Shown: positions 23,450-36,200 of the stretch, piece by piece
Position numbering within the stretch: position 1 is the stretch's first letter
Layout: each line of letters opens with the position of its first letter
From: Styela clava
Taxonomy: Eukaryota
Assembly (NCBI RefSeq): GCF_964204865.1
Contig: NC_135264.1
Coordinates: 9,238,001 to 9,302,000, forward strand
Direction of reading: 5' to 3'
DNA: 64,000 nt
Made by a program: the position numbers and the translations under genes
The notes under the pieces: generated by a model
Told to the model about the DNA's origin: nothing
What the model saw: the letters and a program-made list of their open reading frames with translations, nothing else
Databases searched by the model: none

Positions 23450-26100
23450 CGATAATATACGAGTTCTCCATCGTCACTAACACATCATACAACTTGTACT
23501 ATACTTTCCGTTCAACATAGTTTTTCCGCCAGTGCTTGTTCAACTTTTATGGCAGCTTTCGTCGAGCAACGTCGAGCTCACTAGAGCAATGAAACATCCC
23601 TTGAAACATAAAAAATATAGTAAAATTTACTAAAAAAAGATAAACGTAAACAATGGAAAGGCTCAAATCTCGGATAATCGATCATAAAATTCTTCTTCCC
23701 TCTATTTGAAGGATCTGAGTATGCAAACGTGTATATCAAAGTAACGTGCCAAAAAAACGAACAATAATTCATCATGCAACAAGAAAATAGTTTGGAGTTA
23801 TTTAACTACCATGCAATATTCTAGCATGCAAAGATGAGAGTAGAGCAAAATCTCATAAATGAAAACTATCAGTAAACATATGCTGACACCGCCAGACTTT
23901 CTTCAAATGTCAATTATTCGCAGCTTCTTCACATGGAATCTGTCTATATAGATAGCAATCAAGAATCGAATAATATCAAATATCATTTTACAGAGTTTAT
24001 TCCTAATGTGGAAATTGAAATAACTTATCAACACATTTTACCACAAATAATCCTTAGTGCCACGAACGTGATATTTGTGACATTTTAGGAACAATTTTGT
24101 GATAAAATTCACAATTTAAATTGTAAAATTTATAATTAAAATTGTAAATTCCATAATTACTCAACTATTCCCAAGCAACTAAATCTAAATCTGATTAGAT
24201 CCAATATTTGCATTTTTGCTTAACATTAGTGAAATATTATCAGTTAGAAGCATATTGAAAGATTATATTACCTTTTAAAATTCATAAGATCAACATTATG
24301 TCAAACGGTATAACCAGGGGGAGTAATGTTATTGTAAATTTTAAAACTTGCTAATACCTCCATTTTTGGGTATTTTCTCCATGTTTCCATATTCTCTGCT
24401 ACTCTCAGGCCTGCAGTAGAGCCCGTATTCATCAGCAATTGAAGTACTTTGTATTCAGTACAACTCTTCGTTTGAGTTATTCGCGTATCAAACGTATCTG
24501 CAATAAAACATCCCATTAATTAACATATAATCCATAAAGCGTTGCTTATTGATAAGGTAGCTAGCGAATGAATTGAGAATGCTAAAATAGGATTCGCGCT
24601 GTTTTAAAAAGTTATATAAAAACTTCCACTAACTCAACAAATCTATGTATAGGTTGAAATTGATTTTATAAAAATAAGAAAAATTCATTGCCATCTTTGT
24701 TCGCGGGAAACCACGAACTAATTTTTTTTTTAGAATAATATATCGTATCTCAACTTTTACTAGTAATAGAATGCCAGTCGTCTTGGCGATGAACAAGTTG
24801 AGGTCTCCAGCGACTGTTCTGGATGATAGTTGTCGTTGCTGAGCATGTAGAGACAAAAACGCCTTCACCAACCAGCCCAGTCGCTTCCAACTTTATTATC
24901 AAAATTTCTGGCCGTTTCTTTTGTGGACTATTAAGAGTTGTATATTATTATACTGAATATGAATAGTAATTTTTCGGAAAATTCAAGAGTTCAATCTTGA
25001 TACGTATTGAAACATCCAAACAAAAGGACACGAGAAGTCGATCTGTGCATCATAGAGAGTGTTTGTGTTCCAAGTAACTTCTTCCGATCAAATTGCATTG
25101 CTTGATATTGCATTGTCACTTCTTATTTGTAGACGCAAAAAGAACCCTCGAATCGTTCGGCATGCGCTTAGAGTCTTTGATTGCTTTTCTTCCACGGTTC
25201 ACAAAACTTTATAAATTCTGGAGTTGAGGTTGAATAGTCTAGGAACCACTTTGTCAAAGTTCCAAACACGACCCCAGATGTCAATTAGACCCATGTGAAG
25301 TATGTTGAGTGGACGAAGATATTCTGTTATACCTCTTAATCGAACGAAAATTTTCACTCGGTATCAATTATCACAGTTTTAAGTGATTAAGTTCTTTGTG
25401 AACCCCCATCCAACGTCTGTAGCGGTCAATCATTCAGTAACTAAGTATCTCATTTCAGTTACCAAACTTATATTTTGGGGACCTATTGGACCCTTATCTG
25501 TCTTAGTTCTCTTTGTCTACAGATTTTGTTTACAAGAAACTGATGAACTGAGATATGCGAGTCTGCCTAAGATGAACTTGTACGTCCTCGACCACAAAGG
25601 CGAATTTCTCTGTCTAATTAATTGTAATTATCTGTTGGGTTTGCTACATTTTCAACTGATAAGTCTATCCCTCAGCCTCTGCACTTGGCCCAACGCCAGA
25701 ATCAAACTCGTTAATATAATATTATTCTTAATGATCTGTACGTATTTGGTTTTACAGCTAGGTGCTATACCTGCATTTCCTGATCAAATAGATATTTAAA
25801 TTTTCGGACTCCTATGCTCATAATCTATCATAAACCAGCAACAATTGTCCAAACTATTCCGCCATTGTCTCTTTGGTGCAGTTTGCCTTTTATTGTATCT
25901 TTATTTCACGAAAATAGCCTTGGTAGGATTCGGATCTTAGGACAGGTTCAAAAGAAGTTTTCGTGTATAAAATGACCATGTTCAGCTTTGCAGTCATGCT
26001 CCCAAAAAGTTCCTAATTCTTTGAAATTGTTCTGATTTCGCTCGGGCTCTCCGGCATATATTGCGTGGTATTATTGTACGCCATTCCTGCACTAATAACT
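23450..26100 (-). mobile_element. Probable highly decayed L1/Tx1-like LINE ORF2 remnant
   Basis: Minus-strand fragments in the expected order: SGNAGIA (~25770), MGLIDIW...NSRIYKVL (~25300-25200), NNITPPG (~24330) and TFEESLAVS (DFEKAFDSV-like, ~23900). Many stops and frameshifts. Confidence 0.35.
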
Positions 26101-26676
26101 AATTTCACTAAATAACAGATGTAACTGTTTCAATTGTCTTGTCTTCTAAATCTAAAACTTACCACAGCTCTCCGAAGTCACATAAACTCAAAAGACAAAG
26201 CTTCCACGCCTCCTATCCTATAAATTGAAAAAAAATTCTCAATATACCTTTCTACACTTTGGAATTGTTCATTTCACATCGAGCGCTTAAGTCTCATTTC
26301 AAGCTTTATCTGATCTCTAAAACTACATATGGCCTTGTAGCATCGTTAACTTTTATTAGGTGATCTCAACTAATCTCTGAATCTGTGCAAACTTGATCGA
26401 GTGGAGAGAATTGCATGGGTAAGTCAAGTAATGTTGGTGGACTCAAATAGACATTTCAAAATATTCGAAGTTTTCTCATGAGCCATTTAGAGCTCAATTA
26501 TAGTGTCAATCCGAACCAGTCATTCCAATAATTTGGAACAATATTCGGAAGTTTTTTAATCAATTAGTTAGATGGCACAATTCATTTTTAGCACAAAATC
26601 GAATCAGTCTTATCTTATTATTTCAAAATTTTGTTAAGCCAATTAATGCTCAACGCCCAATTTCAGTCAGTCAATG

Positions 26677-26730
26677 TGGTTCACTTATCGGGTGGTCGGT
26701 TACAGCTTCCTCTACCATCAAGTCTATGCA
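26677..26730 (+). mobile_element. SINE fragment
   Basis: tggtcggttacagcttcctctaccatcaagtc is the reverse complement of the SINE body at ~57112-57145. Confidence 0.55.
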
Positions 26731-27277
26731 TCTTAAACAAAATCTATGCTTCTAAACAGATAACTGGATAACTAATTCCATACCCGACATGAAAACGCAA
26801 CCGGACGAGAGGCGTGGTTCAGAGTATGATTGAGCCGTCTCGTCGACTTCTCTCTCCCCGGAATAATTATTTAAATCAATATCAATAATTCGAACTAGTC
26901 CTATAACATCACTAAAACATTCGCGGAACTTTTTAAGGCCAAATATTTGCAATTTTAATTGTTGTGCAATTTAAACAATGGCTACTAGACATTACAGGAA
27001 TGCTAAATACTGTTAGCTGCGCCAATGTATTTGCAGCTAAATTCAAATGAATTGTTAATTAAAATTCCTGGATGAGCCAAATATTGTCGTGCCGAGTCAT
27101 TTTCAGTGCCAGTCATTTCACATTATTATAAACCAATAATTTTCCGCTGGTTTGATATTAAACCCCAATTTCGGAAGTTTGTTAGTCGAATGTTAGTTGG
27201 CTCAAATTGTTGTTGATGATAAATCCGAACCATAGTCACTTCATATAGAGAAAATATAGGTTTGGTCGAATTTATTT

Positions 27278-27382
27278 ACGATTCAAACCAGCTAAACCAG
27301 ATTAAAAAAAAACGATTCAAACCAGCTAAACCAGATTAAAAAAAACGATTCAAACCAGCTAAACCAGATTAAAAAAAAAAAA
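27278..27382. repeat. Three tandem copies of a ~33-bp unit (ACGATTCAAACCAGCTAAACCAGATTA)n
   Basis: Identical copies except for the length of the A tract. Confidence 0.92.
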
Positions 27383-27639
27383 TTCAAGTCATTTGATGTC
27401 TATTCGGTAATTAATCTGGATCAGACGAATTAAGTTAGGCTTCGGAGAAGTTATTGAAAAAAACTAATGCTCATCTTTTTTAGCCGATATCTGAAAATAT
27501 GAAAACAGTGTTAGTTGACGAAATGATTATACGAAAGCAAATTTTCAAGAAAATGTTACCACTAAAGTAACACAGAAAAGAGGTAAATAGCTAAACAAAA
27601 ATAACAAAAATGTAATGAATGAAAAAGTGCCGTACAGTT

Positions 27640-27950
27640 GTTTGCACGACACTGAATATAGATGCCTTGCATTTAAATGCACGACAATGTGGTTTTGGTC
27701 TCGAACACAATAACCATAAAAAAAAACAAAAAATAATGTCTTGCATTTTATTGCACGACAGTAGGGTGCGAATGAATATGAGAAAAACTAAGCCGATAGA
27801 TGATAATTGTCTTGCATTTTATTGCACGACATTGCTGTGTATGGAAAAACGATGGAAAACTAAGTCGAATATGAAAAATGTTTTGTACTATATTGCACGA
27901 CATCACGGTGTATGAACATGGTTGTCTCTAAAGACAACTAACCAAAACAA
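27640..27950. repeat. Degenerate ~70-bp tandem repeat with core TTGCATTTTATTGCACGACA
   Basis: Core or partial core at ~27642, 27667, 27740, 27810 and 27891. Confidence 0.7.
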
Positions 27951-28747
27951 AATTACCTACGCACAAGTGTAAAAATATAGCCTAGAAGTAGATTGGAAGA
28001 GAAAGAGTTTTAATCCCCAGACAAGATGTCTGGGAACCGTTACATGATGCATTCTCCTAATGCGTCCCTATCACCGTGGAAAAGTAAATTATCAAACCCA
28101 ACTTGAAGTCGCAAGAGAGGACAACAGTGCAAGTGATAATTACTCCCCACCCTTATATCTATCTATCCTAACTGGAAACTAACTATCCGGCCGCCCCAAC
28201 CACCCATCTCAACATCCCAGCGAAAGAGATTTTTGACCCTAGTTTGACGAGAACTATTCAGCGCCGACCTGATCTAACATTGCGATGAACGAAGCGTTCC
28301 CTACATATTCTAACCTGCCTAAGGTCAGCTTTTATTAACCAAAACTGTATTCATCATGTGCGCGGGCGATTTCACTCTGCTACGTTGAGTGAATCATAGC
28401 TGTATGATGCAAGCACCAGGGGATTTAGGCTGTCTATATTGAAGCGCGGGCGTCAACTCCCCCTGCAATCATAAACACGATCCCAAATATTGCAATTTAT
28501 GAGTCTGTTTATGAATGCCGTACTATACCCTTCATATATAATCTGAAAGCTGACCGGACTAAAAACCCTAAGTTGCCCGAGACCTAGAGGCAACGTCCAA
28601 GATGCATAGCAGAGAACTTTGCCTTGGCGCACATTTGGCCTAAGTAAGTTTAAATTTCGTTTTCACAAGTGTTTAATGATATTTGCATGATACAATTGTG
28701 TGCGTCACAATGCTAAAAGGTCACACCAACTACTATTTGCCCTAGTC

Positions 28748-30344
28748 CAGTGGTTCTTAAACTGGGGGGCGCGCCCCCCTAGGGGGGCGCGAGATGCTCC
28801 CAGGGGGGGCGCGAGAGGTCACAAGATGGAATCGGAAATTTACATGTAACGGCTCCTGAAACGGTCTCCGCGTTCGTTAAAAATACCGGCTTTTTCGTGT
28901 TATAATAAATTTTTCTGTCTCGTAATAACTACAATAATTCAAGATGTCTCTCTATTTTAAGTCATTTGTGTTCAAGGTAACTCGCGGTTGCGGCGACTTA
29001 CGACAAAATAAACTCATTACCTATCTAAAATACCACGCCAATCCGCGGACATAATAAAGTGTGATCAACTGCCCGATTATATTTAGTTTTTATATTTATT
29101 GCACTCGTTGTCGTCATTAGAAAGATCTGGTATAATATTCCAGAAAGTATATTTAATTTAGTACAATTAAAATACATGTAAAGTATATATATTAGTAGAT
29201 GAAAAATACATATTCATCGAAACGAAACCCACGCTGTACGGCTTTTGAGTCAGTCCTCGAGATTACGCCAGTCGTTAAAAGAGCCGACTTTTTCAACGGA
29301 TATGTAATGGTTTTTCTGTTGAATAAAATATTCAATCCATGATTGATATACTTATTTAAAATGGTTGCTTTATTTGTTTTGATTTTTATTCTTGCCAATT
29401 TCACCAATATGAGCTGTCCCTGCAACTCTTACTCCGCTCTATCGCAATGCCGACACTCGATTAATTTCAAGATATCACAGTTACAGATATTCCAGAGTCT
29501 GCGATCCCAAGGAGTAAAAATTTATATCAAGTCTGTGGTTTTAGAAAACTACTGGTGTGCCGCACGCACAAGGAATTTATGAGATTTTCAATGTCCAAGA
29601 AAGTGTTTTTAATCTGTCGCGGTCCACCCCAAAACAAAACTCATGGCGTTTTCCGTTTTATTTTTAGTAAATTTTAAGTTACGGGTTCACTTTTTTATTC
29701 TATCGTTAGCATCTCGTCGCTGATGATTATAATAAAAACTAACTCGTTTTCCTCAGAGGTGTTATGGTTCCATTCGAGAACAAAAAAAGTAATTATAATC
29801 GTCTTCGCGGCTCAAGAATATGTCGAGGGAAATTTCGGATTTAGGAAGAATAAACACCGAAATCAAGATTTTTAGGGCTTAAATAACACGCCACGCTGAC
29901 GTAAACAATGGAGATTTGAACAAAATGCAATCGCAAACGCCTTAGCGACAACAATTGATTGAAATTTTACGTGTCTTATGTAAACGTTTAAGCAGAAAAA
30001 ACATTAAAGCATAGGTTTATTGCTTGTTTAGTTTTACTTAATAATTAGATTGACTTTGCCAAGTATTGAAAACTGAGCGGAAAAACGAGAAAGTATGATG
30101 ACCAACCACTATTTGGCTTTATACATACGACAGTGAATGGCGAAGATGTACTCCGAAGCGTTTTATGCCTAAACAATCTGAGCAATGACGCTATGAGACC
30201 AACACTCAGTTATAGCGCCATCCTAATATATAACAACTTGTCCATCACAAAAGCATTTTTTCAAAGCAAAAAGAGGGGGGGGGGGCGCGAAGTATGTAAA
30301 ATTTTTCAAAGGGGGGCGCGGCTCAAAAAGTTTAAGAACCACTG
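28748..30344. mobile_element. Non-autonomous hAT (Buster/Charlie-like) element, 1597 bp
   Basis: Perfect 16-bp TIR CAGTGGTTCTTAAACT / AGTTTAAGAACCACTG; perfect TSD CCCTAGTC (28740-28747, 30345-30352); GGGGGGCGCG subterminal repeats; no transposase ORF. Confidence 0.92.
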
Positions 30345-33106
30345 CCCTAGTCTAACTAGCTCACCAGCAGCTTATTGCTACTGGGCTTGGTAATATCGAA
30401 TCTGGGTTCAACGTACAAAAACCCGTTCAATATTAAACCAAGACTTCACCTCTTTGAGCGCGCAAAAGTGGCCAATGGTTTTCAAATAAATCTGAATAAT
30501 AAAATAAACCAAACAAATGATTCAGAATATTTTTTTCAAACAATTTTTGTCAAGTTTAACATCCATGACCATTTGTTGCACCAAAGAGGAATTGTGGTAC
30601 TGTTGTGGTACCTTTCGAGGTCTTTCGTCTGCTTCGTCCCACAATTTGCGGGCACCCTGTACTATGGCCTAGCAGGCAATGGGGGAAAAGCCCAAGTCTT
30701 ATCCAAATATGTGCTCCATGTGACCAATTTAATTTATGAGACTTTGAAGCTTAATCCCCAAAAGTTATGAATAAAACCTATTGGCCTGGCTAACTAAACA
30801 ATATAATAATTCAGTGCAGTGTTAAGCCTAACCGAAACCCTTCTTTATTTAATTTGGTCGGTCAAATTTTAGGAGCAAATTTTGTCTAATTTCAAAGACA
30901 TCACCACGCTAATTATAGTTATAGAAAGGTTTCGGCATTATTAAAAAAAAACATGGTTAGTTTGCCCTATTCCACGTAATATTCGTGGCAAATCGTAACA
31001 AATCGTCCACAAATAATTACTGTGTGGATCGATACATGAGAATGATGCCAAATATAAAAGTTCAATTAGCAATGAATACTGAATGATGTATGCATCATGC
31101 TCATAAAGAGCAAATTACCATTAGAAAAATTCAATTTTCAAATTTGCATTATCCGCCGGACTGAGTTGTTCCTTGCTATAAACATTCCTCATGACAGCCA
31201 TCTAAACATCTAGACTAAATTCGTTTGTCGAACCCTATCCAGACATTCCTTGCTGACTAGCTAATAAATCGACATACGAAAATGCTTTTAAGTACCACAC
31301 AAGAGAAATATCCTTCCAGCGAAGCGTAGAGTCCTATCTTCCATCTTCGCGCCCTTTGCGTTTCGCCCGATGGCTCTGATTCTACATCAAGAAGTGTTCG
31401 TACAACGAACATAAACGACATACGAAACTATACGTTCAGCTGGCCTGGGGTAAAAATAAAATGAGAACACTTTAATATAATATTCGGCTGCTCTTCATGG
31501 TAAACATTCATGATCTTTTGTACAAAGCCCTCGTCAAAAAAACATGCAGACACCGCGCAAAATATAAAAAATAGCCCGTTAGTGTGAGGGATAGGTATGC
31601 AGTTTGGGCTGAAAATTCAAATTTTCAAATCATTCCTAACCCAAACCCGAACTGGATAATTACGAGGTTGTTATTTTAGACGTGGCGTCGGTGTTTTCCC
31701 CAAATCTCACATTTTTCATTAATAGTGGGGGATTTGCACAGAAGATCCAAAATTCAAGTCAATCTAGCATCTGCTGTATACAATGCTGTGCCCTACCTAG
31801 CAAGACTCAGAAATGAATAAACAAGGATTAACTCTATTTATCATCAAGTGTTTTCGAAATCAAATTTATTGTTGTATCTCACCTTAGTTGGTTTGATGTC
31901 GTGGCCGGTTATCTTGAATACAGAATATTAAATTTTCTTTAACCTGTTAATGTCGAAAAATTTTGTAATTTTTATTTGAATGCAGTGCATTTGTAAAAAA
32001 AACTTTTTATTTGACCCAAAATAACAGCACGAGCAGCAATAATGTAAATCGATATATAGTTTCAAAAATACCTTTTCCAGTCGATGATGTATTTGAGATC
32101 TTCGGAACATTCAGTCAGCCCGTGATGACATGCGAGACGCATGACAGAAAGTAAAAATCAGTTCTTGGACTCGCCAGCTAAACTGAATTCTTTTTGTCTC
32201 TGTGAAACAATTAATAACTTGGTTATTACTGTAATTATGAAGAAACAATTAACTATTGTTATTATCGTGCAAGAGAAGCCAAATTTCAAACTTCTTCCGG
32301 ATTTGAATGTAAGATAGGAAGAGAAAATGAACTTTGTAAATTGATTTTGTATTTTGCAATAACTTTGCTAATAATTCCGAATGCATGGACTAAGGTCATC
32401 ACCGACCAGCAACCGCCCGAACGGCCTTTTACGAAATCGGTGATACCAGCAATGCCGTGGAATTAAATCTTTAGAGTTAAGGCTGAATAATCAGTGTGAA
32501 CTTGCTTGTATTTCTAACGGATAGTATGATGTACATTTCGCAATTAAAATAAACCAATCGGAGATATAAAGTACCAACCTGCAAATTCTGAATAAGACGG
32601 CCTTGAAATTGCCATATAAACAAAACACAATCGCAGCTTCTTGGCATCTTGACAACACGAGCGCGTTAAACAGACTGACACGACTCCCGTCCATGTCGGC
32701 GTTGATTACCCCGATTATTACCCAAAGCAATTTCTAAAATGTTCGGTCCTATCAATCAACACTCGGTATTACCAATAAACACAAAATTTGTCTCAAAACC
32801 ATCAGAATAACAAATATGTTTTCGAGAATGGGTAAAAATTCCCTGCAAAGAAAATTAAAATATGTTCATTATTGTTCTCGTGTTGTTTGGCCAAACGAAC
32901 ACAAAACATCAATATTTCGAAAAGATATTTCATTTAAAAGATTGAAATCACTTCGGGTCTTTGATAGAAGGAGACTCGAGCTGACCTTTCTCAACATCAG
33001 CATTGATGTCCGTGAGTAGAGAACTTTTTGTACAAGCATAGAATAATTGTACAATTGCGGTGTCTCAAAAATTTCATGTCGCACTTGTAGGTGGGGCACG
33101 ACACCC

Positions 33107-33283
33107 GTACAAGTGCACATTACGTTCTTAACAAGGTTTCAATGCAACCGCCTCATAACGTAAGACAATCCGTGCTGACCTCTTGGGGTGATTCTTGTAC
33201 AATTGCACATTACCTTCGTAACAAGGTTTCAATACAACCACCTCATAACGTAAGACAATCCATGCTGACCTCTTGAGGTGAAT
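33107..33283. repeat. 90-bp tandem duplication (2 copies)
   Basis: GTACAA.TGCACATTAC...CCTCATAACGTAAGACAATCC..GCTGACCTCTTG at 33107 and 33197. Confidence 0.9.
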
Positions 33284-36200
33284 TTTTGAGCATAGACAAG
33301 ACGATCATCCACAACATCAAGATAATATTCCAACAAGCACAGATTCCTAAGGAACAAACACTTTCGGATCAGGTGGGTGTTGGAACCCGTTCATCAACTT
33401 CAACATAAATAAATTAAACAACTTCTGTTATTCGTGTGATTAATGGATTGCAATAATTTTAAAAAAATCGCTACGATATCGGCAACATTATCAGCTACAA
33501 AATAACTTTGATTTATAATCCGCGACCAATTCTAAGCATAGACTTAGGATCAGGCTGTAAATTTGATGTCAATATTTTTAGTCTGTCCCAAACCTCATGT
33601 CCCAGGCCAGGTTGATAAGGACACAATGATTGAAAGACAGATAGCTATGGAGGTATGCGTTGGATTAGACTAAGGTTAGATTTATATTAGATTCTATATA
33701 GGCCTGTATTAACTTTCTAATTCAACAGAAAGGTTTTTAAACAACCAAATTGTTTAAACAAGAGATCGTACTATCCTCTGTGCTCTCAGGTCGGGCAGGG
33801 ATATTGTTTTTCTCCGTGGCGCACATTATCCCGACGCAGTATTGTCATCTAGCGGCGAAGCAGTTCAACTTAGCCTACAACGAGCGTCAAATGTAAAAAT
33901 GTCGGATAATAATTATATGTGAAATTGCTATTGTAAATGTGTAAACTTTATTACAGTATAGTGTCAACAAACACATTCATTCAACTCACGACAATAAACA
34001 TCTGTTTTCTTTTTCAACAATCGCAATAAACTCATAAAATTAAGCAAATTGTTTACGTCGAATTACATCATAAAATGGCGCCGAACAATCAATCTTGGTA
34101 GAACCGTCAAAGCAATATGCTTAGTTCTATAAATATTATTACAGCTTGTTAATTTATTGCAGTAAATAGTACTGTTATGTGCATTTCATAATTGATTGAA
34201 ATAATAAAAACATCGCGCGCCTCGAAGCAGGTGTGAGAATTTGAAGGCTTACAGATAGACCAATCTGACCTCCGTTTGGTTACTGATCAGAAAAATTACT
34301 CTTGCAATAATAAATAGAATATCTGTTTGTTGTATATTCTATATGATTCAAGGACCTTACAAAAATATATTTGTGTTAGTGTGCAGCAGGACTCTTGAAA
34401 CACCTGGCCAATCCGAATACCTGTACTTGAAGTAGTATTAGGACTCACTCTACAATTGGCTTGAGTCCAAAACAAATAAGTTCACCACTTTGAAACATTT
34501 AGTTTAATTCGAAATGAGTGGTGAATAAAAAATCATCAAGAAATTTCCTCGAATCAATACGAGGCAAGCCATTGATCGAATAAATTGAGTCCTCCCACGT
34601 CAGCAAATTATTATTTATTTCAATATTATGGTTTGTACTATTAGCTATTCACCATTCACGCTCGTGAAGGATTGTTTTGGGCAGGAAGCAGGAACGACAA
34701 CTGGCTGACCAAAATTGTTGAAAAACATTCTTGAGATAGGAAATTCTAATCAAACTACTGATAAGAATCTAAATTATCATTCAGATGGATACGACAAAAG
34801 CGTTTTATCTTGTATAAACTATCGATTAAAGCTTTAACAGACAATCTGACGCAAAATCTCAGACTAAGATATTTTCTCGGATATCCTTAATCTGTAAGTC
34901 TTCTTTATGTCGCTAAATAAATTGATTATTTATAGATGATTATAGATAATCATATATTTGTTCACATTGAGGCAAATATCGAAACTAAACCCGAAATATT
35001 ATTGATTTACAGTATTTGATTGAGAAAACGGGGACAAAAAGCATGGCCCATATGGGTAATTCGTACGATTTGAAATTGTTCTATTTGTTGAATATGACCG
35101 GCCAAGGCTGACAGTGTATACAGGAAAAGTCATATATTTTTCAATCAATATATTATGTAGGTTGATTTGACACACATTTGGAGTCAAATCCACACAGGTT
35201 TATTATGCTGTTATATCAAACATTAATCCCAATTTTATTGATGACCGGAAAATCTCGGCGTGATTAATCATATTGGATATAAAATAAGTTCACATATTCA
35301 ATATTTTGAATATAAATATGAATGCACGTGCTACAAAACACTTGTTATCCGCAAAAGTGGTGCAAGTGGTACAAAATTCTCAGTTTATCACCTGGTCCAC
35401 CACGCTGCATCTGCAAGAATCAAATATCACATTACATGGGATAATGATTATATATGGTCCCCGCACATCCAACATAACATATGACGGACGCCCAACATAG
35501 CTCAGTGAGGCGTTTGTCAGTAAGTGCATTTGTATGCCAAGTTATAAATTGACAAAAATTTAAGACAAAAATTTAAAGTCTCCAAAGTTCCAGATGAGAA
35601 TACATATGCTTCTACACAAATAGACGAAATAAAATTTATTATATTAAATTTTTCAGATTTTAGTCTTACATCATTGCTTAAATTAACTAATTTTTGTAGT
35701 ATGAGTTTATATTCCGGCATCGGACTGGGGACCATATGCCAAAGTACTTTTCTCACTACACTCGAAAGCAAGTTACCGGTACACAAAAAGGCCTCAAACA
35801 CAATTGCATAATACAATGCATATGCATAACAGTAGTGGCCGACATAAGCTGCCACCATGAGAGTAGAGTGGCAAAATGTGCGCAAATTGTTTGTTTATTT
35901 ATTTCCATAAACATTTGCTTTGTAGGCAAAACTGAAAATAAATAGCATTCTCAAAGATTTATCTAAAGGAATATTTTGGAAATGCATTAAGATAGACTCA
36001 GCTAAAAGTTAAAATTTATTTTTACACCTTTATAATCCAAAAAAAAAATAAAGAATTAAATTACTAAAATTTAACAAAACAAGGAAAAAACAAATATACC
36101 AGTTTCTGTCAGCAAAAATAAGATTTGATTTTTAAAAAAATCGTGGAGAAAACGGGAGCTATTTCTGGGATCAAAGTTAGATTTGAAGACTTTTAATTCC

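Noticed and set aside
22250-27950. CRISPR-like appearance of the 25-bp, 33-bp and 70-bp repeats
   Set aside because: No unique spacers of regular length, no cas genes, and a eukaryotic intron-containing context.
28748-30344. Autonomous hAT transposase
   Set aside because: Only short ORFs, none with BED, DDE or dimerisation motifs.
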